From: Octopus bimaculoides
Lineage: Eukaryota
Assembly: GCF_001194135.2 (NCBI RefSeq)
Contig: NC_068995.1
Span: forward strand, 54,003,227 to 54,067,226
Reading direction: 5' to 3'
Length of the DNA stretch: 64,000 nucleotides
Below are positions 53,461 to 64,000 of the stretch, in pieces. How positions within the stretch are numbered: the stretch's first letter is position 1; each line of letters opens with the position of its first letter. The notes beneath the pieces are model-generated. The model was given only the letters and a program-made list of their open reading frames with translations, did no database searches and was not told where the DNA came from. The position numbers and the translations under genes are program-made.

Positions 53461-55249
53461 TAAATACGACGCTCATTTCTCTAATTTAGGAATCGACACT
53501 GTAAATACACTTATAATCATGCTAAGTACTATGTTAATCCGAGTTTCTTTCGCATAATCAGAAATACCCACAAACCCTGTGTAGTAATATTAGAATATTC
53601 GACTTTAATTTTCTGTAGTCATCCTGTTTTTATTTGTGTTCAGTATCGTTGAGAATGACGGTTTGTTGGTGGACGTAATGGTGCTAATCTTCAAATATGG
53701 ATGCGAATATCTCCAAACGTGATACACATATTTCTGTATATCTAAATTATTTCTGTTTATTTTCTGTTAAGACGAAAAAACAAATTTGAAACCAAAAATA
53801 AACTGTAACATTATATTTTGTATGTAATCGCAAATTGCTGTAAAATACAAGCTTCAACTTCATTAGTTATCACGATTTTAAACATGTTTTACTTTTATTG
53901 TTGAATAATATTAGAGTATTTATGGAATTTGAATAAGAATCCAAAGTATTTGATTTATGGAATTTTTTTTGTTTGTAGTAGTCGTAAATTGTACTTAAGA
54001 AATCTTATGAAGTTGAGACGCATAGGCAATTAGAATAAGTGAATATGCAAAATTGATTAACCATGTTATTTTTCTTGTGAAAAATCTGAAGCAAATTCCT
54101 TTTGAAGTATTTGAAAGAAAAAAAAAGCAAATAACTATCAAAAATAAGAAAAGAAAAAATATATTCATTCATAAAAATTGGGAAATACATAACAAACCTG
54201 GATATATATGTATATGTGTGTGTATTCTCAAGTGTGTCGGTATATGTGTATATGTATGTGCACATATACACATACATTACATGAAATCGTTCTAATGGTA
54301 GATACAATAGATTGATAGGTAAAAATATGGATATCAGACATAAATTTAATATACATTATACGCTATTCGATGTAAACGAGCATATCGTAATAGATTCTTC
54401 AGGGAATATCAATGGTTTGACTTTTAGTAACCTACTAGTTATCATTGCAATCGATCAGGTGAAGAGAATGGTGGCCTATAAATCAAAATTTGGCTTGCTC
54501 CTATCACTTCACGGTTGTTGCCTTCTGTTCATGTCCGAATAAACTAACTTCTAATTACTATCACGAGATATTCAATGTGATTGATCAAAATGCTAGAAAG
54601 AGAAGCTAAATAACCCGTAAAATTGTACCCTAGCTTCTAAAATAATGGAAAGCACCAAATGATGAAGTATTAAAAAGAAAAAGAAGAGATGGCCTTGACT
54701 AAAATTCCATTTATCTTATATTCACTCGATATAAGTCCATCAGGAACTAAAAAACAACTGAAACAACTGCTGAATGTCGAGTCAGCAACTTCCGGACATT
54801 CATTTTCTACTTTAATACATGAGAAGTATTATAATACCATTGTCAGCGATTGGTGTGACTGCATTTCTTTTAGTCCTCGTCTTTCGCAAATGCCAGCTAT
54901 AACAATGTAAATGTTTTTAGTTATGATTGAATTGCAATTCACAGTGAATTAAAGTAAGTTTTCGCTTACATATGTTTTATCCATGAATCGTAAATTAAGC
55001 ATTTCCTTCTTAATGATCGTATTCATATATACTTTATTATTTCAATTATCAATATCTGAAAAGAAACTCTCATTATCTTATGAAATTGATAAGTAGCATG
55101 ACAGCATTTATGGAGACATTTCTCACTAACAAAAGTTAGGATGCAACAAGGTGACAATCTTGGCGTTCTGACAAGAAAGCCATGGACAAACCCTCTTCCA
55201 GTCACACTCTATTATGATAAGAAATAAAGACATATTACACAATATGGTG

Positions 55250-55470
55250 CTTTTGGTATGAAAGTTACAATGCCAGTAATTTGGGGGGAGATTGTAAGTC
55301 GATTACATCGACCCCAGTGTTCAAATGGTACTTATTTCATCAACCACGAAATGTATGAAAGACTAGTTGGCCTCGGCGGAATTTGAACTTAGAACATAAA
55401 GATGAACTAAACGACGTTAAGTATTTCGTTAGCGGGCATACTAACGATTCTGCCCGTTCACCGCTCTTAT
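55250..55470 (-). mobile_element. SINE family 1 copy
   Basis: aagtcgattacatcgaccccagtg...ggtacttattt...gcctcggcggaatttgaacttagaac...ctaacgattctgcc. Confidence 0.8.
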
Positions 55471-56645
55471 TTGGTACTATATATTAAAACATGATCAAAT
55501 GCCCAATTAGAACGTTTCCTTTATATGTGTAACCAATGTGAGGCTAAATGAATCTGAACAAACAGAAAACTATGAATGTATGCCATCAAAACCACAAACA
55601 GATCACTATTTAATGAGGATGAAAGAAATGAAAATGTTATGCGCCAAACGTCCTGTGCAAAACGTCAGAATACAATTTTGCAGCAATGCTTGCCACTTTA
55701 ACACACGTTTACATAAATAAGTAAACATTTTAGTCATAACTAGATGTTGAACGGAATTATTTTCCAATGAATTTTAATTCAAAAGCTTTGATCGTATTCT
55801 GAAGTAAAAACGATAAGCAAATATACATCAGCAGATTAATCTGCGTATGCCTTTTGAATGGGATCAGAAACAACAATCTCTTTCATTCTCCTTCTCTCTC
55901 TCTCTCTNNNNNNNNNNNNNNNNNNNNNNNNNNNNNNNNNNNNNNNNNNNNNNNNNNNNNNNNNNNNNNNNNNNNNNNNNNNNNNNNNNNNNNNNNNNNN
56001 NNNNNNNNNNNNNNNNNNNNNNNNNNNNNNNNNNNNNNNNNNNNNNNNNNNNNNNNNNNNNNNNNNNNNNNNNNNNNNNNNNNNNNNNNNNNNNNNNNNN
56101 NNNNNNNNNNNNNNNNNNNNNNNNNNNNNNNNNNNNNNNNNNNNNNNNNNNNNNNNNNNNNNNNNNNNNNNNNNNNNNNNNNNNNNNNNNNNNNNNNNNN
56201 NNNNNNNNNNNNNNNNNNNNNNNNNNNNNNNNNNNNNNNNNNNNNNNNNNNNNNNNNNNNNNNNNNNNNNNNNNNNNNNNNNNNNNNNNNNNNNNNNNNN
56301 NNNNNNNNNNNNNNNNNNNNNNNNNNNNNNNNNNNNNNNNNNNNNNNNNNNNNNNNNNNNNNNNNNNNNNNNNNNNNNNNNNNNNNNNNNNNNNNNNNNN
56401 NNNNNNNNNNNNNNNNNNNNNNNNNNNNNNNNNNNNNNNNNNNNNNNNNNNNNNNNNNNNNNNNNNNNNNNNNNNNNNNNNNNNNNNNNNNNNNNNNNNN
56501 NNNNNNNNNNNNNNNNNNNNNNNNNNNNNNNNNNNNNNNNNNNNNNNNNNNNNNNNNNNNNNNNNNNNNNNNNNNNNNNNNNNNNNNNNNNNNNNNNNNN
56601 NNNNNNNNNNNNNNNNNNNNNNNNNNNNNNNNNNNNNNNNNNNNN

Positions 56646-56695
<50 letters not shown>

Positions 56696-57202
56696 GCACT
56701 TTCTGTTTTTAGGGCTATTAACTTTTACATCAAAGCTTATTTGGTTTCACTTTCGATTAAGGCATATAAAGGGAATGCTTCCATTAAACACATTTATTAT
56801 GATCTTTATGATCCATTTTCGTTTCTTTATTTCTTATCACAATAAGTACACTTTAGTCAGTGATGATGTCATTGTTATTGTTATCTTTCTTGTTGATGTC
56901 GCTATTTTAGGTTTACTCAGCTCAACCCTTATTGAGCGAAAACTCCATCGTAGCCCTTGCAATCGAGCCAAATCCAGTGTTTATCATCATGATCATGATC
57001 ATCATCGTCATCGTTGTCGTCGTGGTCGTCGTGGTCGTCGTCGTCATCCTCGGCCTTGTTTTTACTGATGTTGTTGTCGCTGGTGCTGTCGCTGTTGTTG
57101 TTTCTTTTGCTGCTTATGGTTTCGTCCCTGTCGTTAGGAAGATCACTATCCAATACGTCTTTCATTTTTTTTTCTAAAACGATAGGTTATAATTTGAGAA
57201 AC

Positions 57203-57241
57203 ATCATTACCCGATCTCGCAATTTGAGATCGGGTAATGAT
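57203..57241. repeat. Perfect 16-bp inverted repeat with 7-nt loop
   Basis: atcattacccgatctc-gcaattt-gagatcgggtaatgat. Confidence 0.95.
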
Positions 57242-57695
57242 AGTTGGGCTGGAAATTAATATTTAGTTGCCTGGGAAATGTGTAAAATGGAAGCACCCTG
57301 GTGTATTAAAATCCACAATCATTCTACTGATCCTCCATCTTGCCGGGTTCAAAATTCCGACATAAATGGCAGGCGAATCGCGATTAATGTGTCGGCAGGC
57401 TTTGTTTTATTATTTTCCTTCTCTTTTTTCGGTCACATTTAACCCCAGATCAGCACTAATGAAGCAGGCTTATCAAAGATTTTTCCACCAGTTTTTTCAA
57501 GAATGGAATAATCATCGATTCTCAAGTTTTTAAAACCCAAGTATGTAATTTCAAATATATCAAGCTGCTATTTTTGCAAATCTTTAGAAATTTCTAGAAG
57601 GTTCGGTTCTAATTTGGCACATAACCTAATTGTGCTAATGAATACTGAATTTAATCGATGAGTATAAGTTACTCATCGTGTATATATATATATAC

Positions 57696-57799
57696 ACGAG
57701 AGGTGTATGAAATTCTTGAGCCTCAAAAAGACAAAACATGGTACAAGACTCCAAGTCTCAAAGGCGTTGGAGGCTCAAAACTTTTCCTACGCCCCTCGT
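57696..57799. mobile_element. About 104-bp mariner-type MITE
   Basis: Imperfect TIRs of about 29 bp: acgagaggtgtatgaaattcttgagcct versus rc acgaggggcgtaggaaaagttttgagcct, in TA-rich flanks. Confidence 0.7.
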
Positions 57800-59225
57800 T
57801 TATATACATACAGAAATGCAGTGTGAAAACAGTTGATTCTCTCCCCATCACTGTCAGCAAGCTTGTTCAAGAAATTATTTTCGCTATGGAATGTGATCTC
57901 TATCTTGACCAATTTTGACACATCATTAAAATACAATAGTGAAACAGCTTTCGTGAAAGTAGATAATATTTAGTAAATGTTAAACAAAATTTCAATCTGT
58001 TTTATAGTTTTATCTCTCATGTTTTATTTAGGAAACAACTAAAAACATGAGCTACAGACGATAGTTATAAAAACTACTCTGTTTACATAGGCAAAATTGA
58101 GTGGCGTCTGTAAGTTTATCAAATTCTGAAATATTCACTACAGCACTCTCATTAATTAAAAAAAGAAAGATAGACTAAAATTGCATTAAAAATTTAAGAG
58201 ACAAATATGAATAATGGAAGTGTAACTATAATATTCTTAAAAGTCATCAATGTTTATGAATATATTTTTAATTAATAGCTATGAGATAAAATCAACGCAG
58301 ACTGTATAAGCATTCTTCTAAAATGACTATGAGTCACAGAATATTTAAAGGTTAGACAATGGTGGTAGTAAAATATTGATCAGAAAAAAGAGAGGTGTAA
58401 AGCGGAATAAATTTTCTTTTATGCTATCACTATTCAGGAATAGCCAAATATCGATTACTTATGTAAGCTCCAGGCCAAAACTTGTAGTATATTAAGGTTA
58501 AAATGTTCCCGTTTACAATAGCTATGGTGTTCTTACGAGTAACAAAATCAAGTCTGGTTGAAGAAACCTATAACTAAACACCCTCTTCGTGGTGCCCATC
58601 CATTATTCTATTCCGACATTGTGTAGAGACTCCCGCATAATATAACATGTATCGTTGATAGTTTTGAGGTGATTCTATGATATTACTAGGAGAAGTGACT
58701 ATTACTTCGTTCTAGTCGAGCGTCAACGTAATGGCACCCTTAGTGGTTCACCAAAAGTTATTTATTAATGAATAGACAAAGAGAAACAGGCATGATTTGA
58801 ACTAGTAATGTGAAGGATGCCAATAAATAAATACAATACAGATTTTAATGACTTTCTACGGAACGAAATAGTAAAATATTTTATTTATTTCGTTCACATA
58901 CAATTTTGCTTATGCAAACAGGTAGTGGATTACTGGTCATGAATACTGGGTGCGAATTTAATCCTCAGTGAGATAAACAGGGATGCTAATGTCATTTAAC
59001 CGGGTTTTATATCAGTATGGGATAGTTCTAAGATAAATAAATTAAGATGTTTTGCTCGTCAGTTCATGTCTTCTTCGCCTTTCAGATAATAACATTTTCA
59101 ACGAAAATATTGCATACCTAGAGAATTGTCATAACACATTTTAGAGGTCTGTGATATTACCACAACCAAACCAAAGAATTTCCTGAACTGAATTAGAATC
59201 CGTTTTAGAAAAGTTTTTGACATAA

Positions 59226-59320
59226 GCGCAGGCATAGTTATGTGTCTAAGGTAGAATACTTTGGCAATTACATGCATTCTGTTTCAGTCCCACTGCTCGG
59301 CACTTTTGGATGTGTATATA
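59226..59320 (+). mobile_element. Degenerate 5' head of SINE family 2
   Basis: gcgcaggcatagttatgtg...ttcagtcccactgc.cggcac.tt.gg. Confidence 0.55.
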
Positions 59321-59366
59321 TATTGAACCCTCATTTGTCGTTCACAACAAAAGAGTCCATCATATG

Positions 59367-59459
<93 letters not shown>

Positions 59460-59475
59460 GTGTGCGCGCGCGTGT

Positions 59476-59835
59476 GGAGGCGCAATTGCCCAGTGGTTAG
59501 GACATCGGACTCGCGGTTTGATTCCCAGACCGAGTGTTGTGAGTGTTTATTGAGTGAAAACACCTAAAGCTCCACGAGGCTCCGGAAGGGAGTGGTGGTG
59601 AACCCTGCTGTATTCTTTCACAACTTTCTCTCACTCTTCATGTTTGTGTTGTACCTGTATTTCAATGGGCCAGCCTTGTCACAATCTGTGTCACGCTGAA
59701 TCTCTCTGAGATCTACGTTAAGGGTACACGTGTCTGTGGAATGCTCAACCACTTGCTCACTAATTTCACGAGCAGGCTGTTCCGTTCATCAGATCAGCTG
59801 GAACCCTCGACGTCGTAAGCGACGGAGTGCCACGA
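59476..59835 (+). mobile_element. tRNA-derived SINE family 3
   Basis: A-box-like ggaggcgcaattgcccagtggttagg and B-box-like ggtttgattccc. The body ends gctggaaccctcgacgtcgtaagcgacggagtgcc. Confidence 0.75.
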
Positions 59836-61329
59836 CGGCGAATTATTATCGACTGGCATGTCTCTGACCATGCTATATTACAAAATCTATCCAGGTGCTT
59901 GATTAAGAAACCAATATTTGGTGATACCTGAACAATGATAGCCTAAAAGTTAATATATCCCATTCACCCGAAGCATGTCTCTTTTTCTTCTCTTCGCTCT
60001 TTTGCTATTACTATTGTTTCACTTTTAAATAATATATCACTTGTGGCCGTTTCCGCCAGTCTGCGATGATTATAACCCAAGGCTATTAATTAAAAATATA
60101 TTCATAACCGTTCAGACTTTCAAAAATATGCTAGTAAACCTTCCATTATTGATATTCGTCTCTTAAATTTTAAATATGGCGTTAATGGCCATTTCAACAA
60201 TTTCTTTTTCCTCTACGATATTGCAGTATGAAATATTACAGATCTTGATAAACTTACAGACACCGTTAAATTTGGCCAGTATGAAGAGAGTGGTTTTATA
60301 ACAGCCATATATAACTAATATAATTGTTTCCAATGTAGAACAGGAGAGATAAATACCGAACAGTTTGAATTTACATGTTTCAAATAATATATACTATATA
60401 CTCTTCAGGAAAGTTGATCATCTATTATATTTTTAATGATGTGACAATTTGGTACGCAAGACTTATAGAGAACTCAATTTTCAATGCAGTTCTCTTATTA
60501 GACAAGTTGTAAGCAGTGCTGTCAAGAGACTAATACTGCTTTCCCCGTTGTTATAATTTCTTCGTGAATTTATTGTTTCTAAACTAAAAACACTGAAAGT
60601 AGTGTACCTAACAAAATACACTAGCGTATCTTTATTTGTATTCCTTTATGTTCGCAATTTAAAATCTGTATTGTAATCTCTCTATTACGAATGTTAGAAA
60701 CCAGTCTTAATATTGGTATTTGAAACATGAAACTTTCGTACTAAATGCTATAAAATTCTTACCTTATATGTCTTTAAATTTGTATGTTTAAATGCAAATT
60801 GACTCATTTGCTATTCATTCCACCGAGATCTATATAAAACTGACATTAAATGGAAATGTCTATAACCTTCATCTAAATATGTGTAGCCTTTTGCAAATGT
60901 ATACATTGGAAAACATTTCTTGGGCCGCAATCAAACAATTTATTATTTATTATTATTATTTATTATTTTATTATTATTCTTTTGGTTTTCACTAATATTT
61001 GCCTTCTTGAAATGACTTGATGTAGAAAAATTAGTGGATATGAATGCGACATGTGAAACAGTACAATGGAAATACCGGAAAGTAATAACCCGCACATGCG
61101 TCAAAAATAACCACAGGTACCGTTGAAGCAATACTATATAGGATGGAAATATTAATATACAGACGTAATACACCATGTCTCTATGATATGAGCTTTGAAA
61201 ATCGCGTTCCAAGTAATGGCTGATATTGTTGTCAAATAGTCGCGCAGAGTGTTCCATATTAATTTGCATATAGTATATATCAGGCTATAATCACCCCAAC
61301 CACTTTTCCATTTCAAAGAACAGTTAGCA

Positions 61330-61780
61330 TTGGAAAGAGAATTGGCCTGGTTTTCAAATTATAGAAACGTCTCCCAGCGGTTCTCAAAACATTATGACAT
61401 ATTCAGGAAGCTGGTCCATCGAACTGGTTCACCAGGCAGTTCGCAAGAACAATTTAAGAGGAAGCCACACTCAATACATATCTGACTTTCACGTTCAAAT
61501 TACCATATTGTATACTTCCGTATCAGAACACCGACAGCAGAATTGGCAAAATCTGGTAGAGCCAACATATATGGTGAAAATGGCAAAATGACATGAAGCA
61601 ACGATCAACCGATCCCAACATGGCAGCAATATACCACAACCGCCTGACATGTTCGCACCAGCTGCTACAGAAAATCGACCAATGAAGAGTTAAGATCAAA
61701 GTTAGGCCGTCAAACATCTCCCGAAGCTCGTGGTTGACTAATCCATCCACCTTTGAAAAGCTACAGAGTTAGCAAACAAT
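61330..61780 (+). mobile_element. Possible degenerate RTE-like LINE fragment
   Basis: A relatively GC-rich stretch with broken frames. STNEELRSKLG resembles the RTE SNEE(L/V)R.R.G motif; weak. Confidence 0.2.
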
Positions 61781-62810
61781 GCAGCAATGGCCTAAAAAGT
61801 GTATGTCATCAAATACCTTACGCACACTGTATATGATGTCGGTGGTAGTTAAGACCATGTCAACTCTAGTGGATCTGACCTAGAGTCAAAGTTGTTGGAT
61901 CACTGATCAGTCTCCTGTTTTTAAGTGTATGCCATACTATATTTGCCAATATTTACATTGGCCAATATTTAGTATTATAAACAACATATTCTGACGTGAT
62001 TTGAAGGGAAACTTGTATCAGACCAAACAATTACTCCCAAGTTCGTTAAGTCGTTCTAACACTAAAATGTAGGTCCTGGTTATGCATTTAGTGAAGTGCA
62101 TTCATCAAATTAGATCTCAAAATTGTTTGGCTTGCAGACAGATTTCCGGCGGTTCATTAATATTCATCTCTCTTATGGACATTAAAAAAGAAAAAGAAAG
62201 AAGAGAGTAGTTTTATTGATGGTTCGTGGAGACTATTCGCAAGTGGCTCACATGTATTTTTTTTTATCTCTTATTTAAACAGAATCTGTTTGTCTTCTTT
62301 GCAAGCCTTAAATTCTGCCAAAGCAAGTTATTGATGATAAAAAAAATAAGAAAATTAAATCGGGAAATTGTTAGCAATTCAGTCTCCGGAGAAGATGCTG
62401 TCTCTATGGTTCGCATCAACAGCAATGGTGATGTTGGTGTTAGCGTTGGTGTGGGAAAGGGATTTTCAAAAATTTCGAAGAACCATGTTATTTTTGTTCG
62501 ATCAACGGGATTACATGCAAAGGTACAATAACAGACAATGCCATTTTTTTCTATGTTGATAGAATATTTCAGCTTTGTATTCTTTCAATTACCCTTTAAA
62601 TATATTCCAATTTTACTCTCTAAAAATTCTACATTTACATAAGGAAAACGAAATAAATCATAATGTTGAAATTTTTTTCTCATCTAAAATTAAAGAATTT
62701 CCTATTTTTTTCTACACAGTATATATTTTCTGCTTCATATTTCGCGCAGTTTATTTCTGTCTCTGTCTCTGTCTCTCTGTCTCTCATACACACCCACCCA
62801 CATACATATA

Positions 62811-62855
<45 letters not shown>

Positions 62856-63454
62856 GTGAACGCGCATGTGCAGAAAGAAAGTTACTAGTTAAGCGTAATT
62901 CGAATGTGTGACAGGTTTCANNNNNNNNNNNNNNNNNNNNNNNNNNNNNNNNNNNNNNNNNNNNNNNNNNNNNNNNNNNNNNNNNNNNNNNNNNNNNNNN
63001 NNNNNNNNNNNNNNNNNNNNNNNNNNNNNNNNNNNNNNNNNNNNNNNNNNNNNNNNNNNNNNNNNNNNNNNNNNNNNNNNNNNNNNNNNNNNNNNNNNNN
63101 NNNNNNNNNNNNNNNNNNNNNNNNNNNNNNNNNNNNNNNNNNNNNNNNNNNNNNNNNNNNNNNNNNNNNNNNNNNNNNNNNNNNNNNNNNNNNNNNNNNN
63201 NNNNNNNNNNNNNNNNNNNNNNNNNNNNNNNNNNNNNNNNNNNNNNNNNNNNNNNNNNNNNNNNNNNNNNNNNNNNNNNNNNNNNNNNNNNNNNAAATGT
63301 TTTCTAAATTACGCAAACATGTGAATAACACAGACAACTCATTTTAACAGATGTATTTACCAAAGTTGCATTAAAAAAATCTTGAAATACTAAAGTGTAA
63401 ATTTACTCAATAAAATCGCCATTAGTTTTAACTACACTCTCCAGAAGATTTCGG

Positions 63455-63845
63455 AGCGCTCTACACGTAATAATCAAAGGGGTTGCAGTCTTAGGAGTTA
63501 GGTGGTCAGATGTTAGGGATGATGTGGTCGCAGAAATTTTCTGACAGCCATGACTGGGTTCCCCTGTTTGTGTGGCATTGTACAGAGTCCTGTTGTCAGA
63601 TGTAAGGTCTTCCAGCAGCCACTCACTTGATCCTCCAGGCTCTTGATGTAGGCCTCCGTATTAAGTATGAGGCGGTGTGAGAAGAAGAAGGAAGCCGTCC
63701 TTAGTGATCACTACAAATGTTTACTGGATGTTTGATTTTTTATCACTCTTGGTATGTGTCTTCAGATTGACACGCAAGCACTCTGAAATGTTCGTATTGG
63801 AGATTCCAGCGCGAATCCCAAGCAGTATATGATGTCGTTTGCAAA
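63455..63845 (-). pseudogene. Tc1/mariner transposase relic, DD37D (maT-type), internally deleted
   Basis: N-terminal ILLGIRAGISNTNISECLRVNLKT is joined to KHPVNI...LNTEAYIKSLE..VAAGRPYI*QQDSVQCHTNRGTQSWLSENFCDHIIPNI*PPNS*DCNPFDYYV*. There are exactly 37 residues between the QQD and NPFD aspartates. Confidence 0.88.
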
Positions 63846-63863
63846 TTTTCCTATATATATAGA

Positions 63864-63900
63864 GGCGCAGGAGTGGCTGTGTGGTAAGAAGCTTGCTTCA
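63864..63900 (+). mobile_element. Truncated 5' head of SINE family 2
   Basis: ggcgcaggagtggctgtgtggtaagaagcttgcttc. Confidence 0.75.
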
Positions 63901-64000
63901 CCACGCATGAACAGAACAAAGTGGTTGGTGTCAACCAAAGAGACAACACGGCTAATTCTTGAAAAACTGAAATTGACCTGTTTACGAAATGGAACGATTA

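Noticed and set aside
56860-57130. His/Asp/Ser-rich ORFs (also 16900-17150)
   Set aside because: Decayed (CAT/CGT/TGT)n trinucleotide low complexity, open in several frames.
60943-61269. 108-codon minus-strand ORF with a hydrophobic middle
   Set aside because: No recognisable domain, it ends in an (AAT)n-derived tail, and its composition fits AT-rich chance ORFs.

Overview
AT-rich eukaryotic genomic DNA from a draft assembly, with many N gaps that are nearly all bordered by microsatellites. From recall of its SINE families and repeat landscape I infer a coleoid cephalopod, most likely Octopus; this was not checked against a database. No intact protein-coding gene could be identified, so the window looks intronic or intergenic. 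It contains (TA)n, (CA)n, (GA)n, (AAT)n and (CCA)n tracts, at least four tRNA-derived SINE types, and transposon fossils: Penelope-like elements, three R4/Dong-like non-LTR fragments, a DD37D Tc1/mariner transposase relic, mariner MITEs and a MULE-type FLYWCH relic. The best-supported unusual features are two different minimal type-I hammerhead ribozyme motifs, probably in Penelope-type termini (39710-39745 + and 47163-47209 -), each with catalytic-core substitutions. Also notable are closely spaced inverted SINE pairs that could form dsRNA, two perfect hairpins/palindromes, and several low-confidence small exon or sORF candidates (Cys-rich, signal-peptide-like, TPR-like, mitochondrial-presequence-like). 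Most long ORFs in the supplied track are artefacts of gaps and microsatellites.
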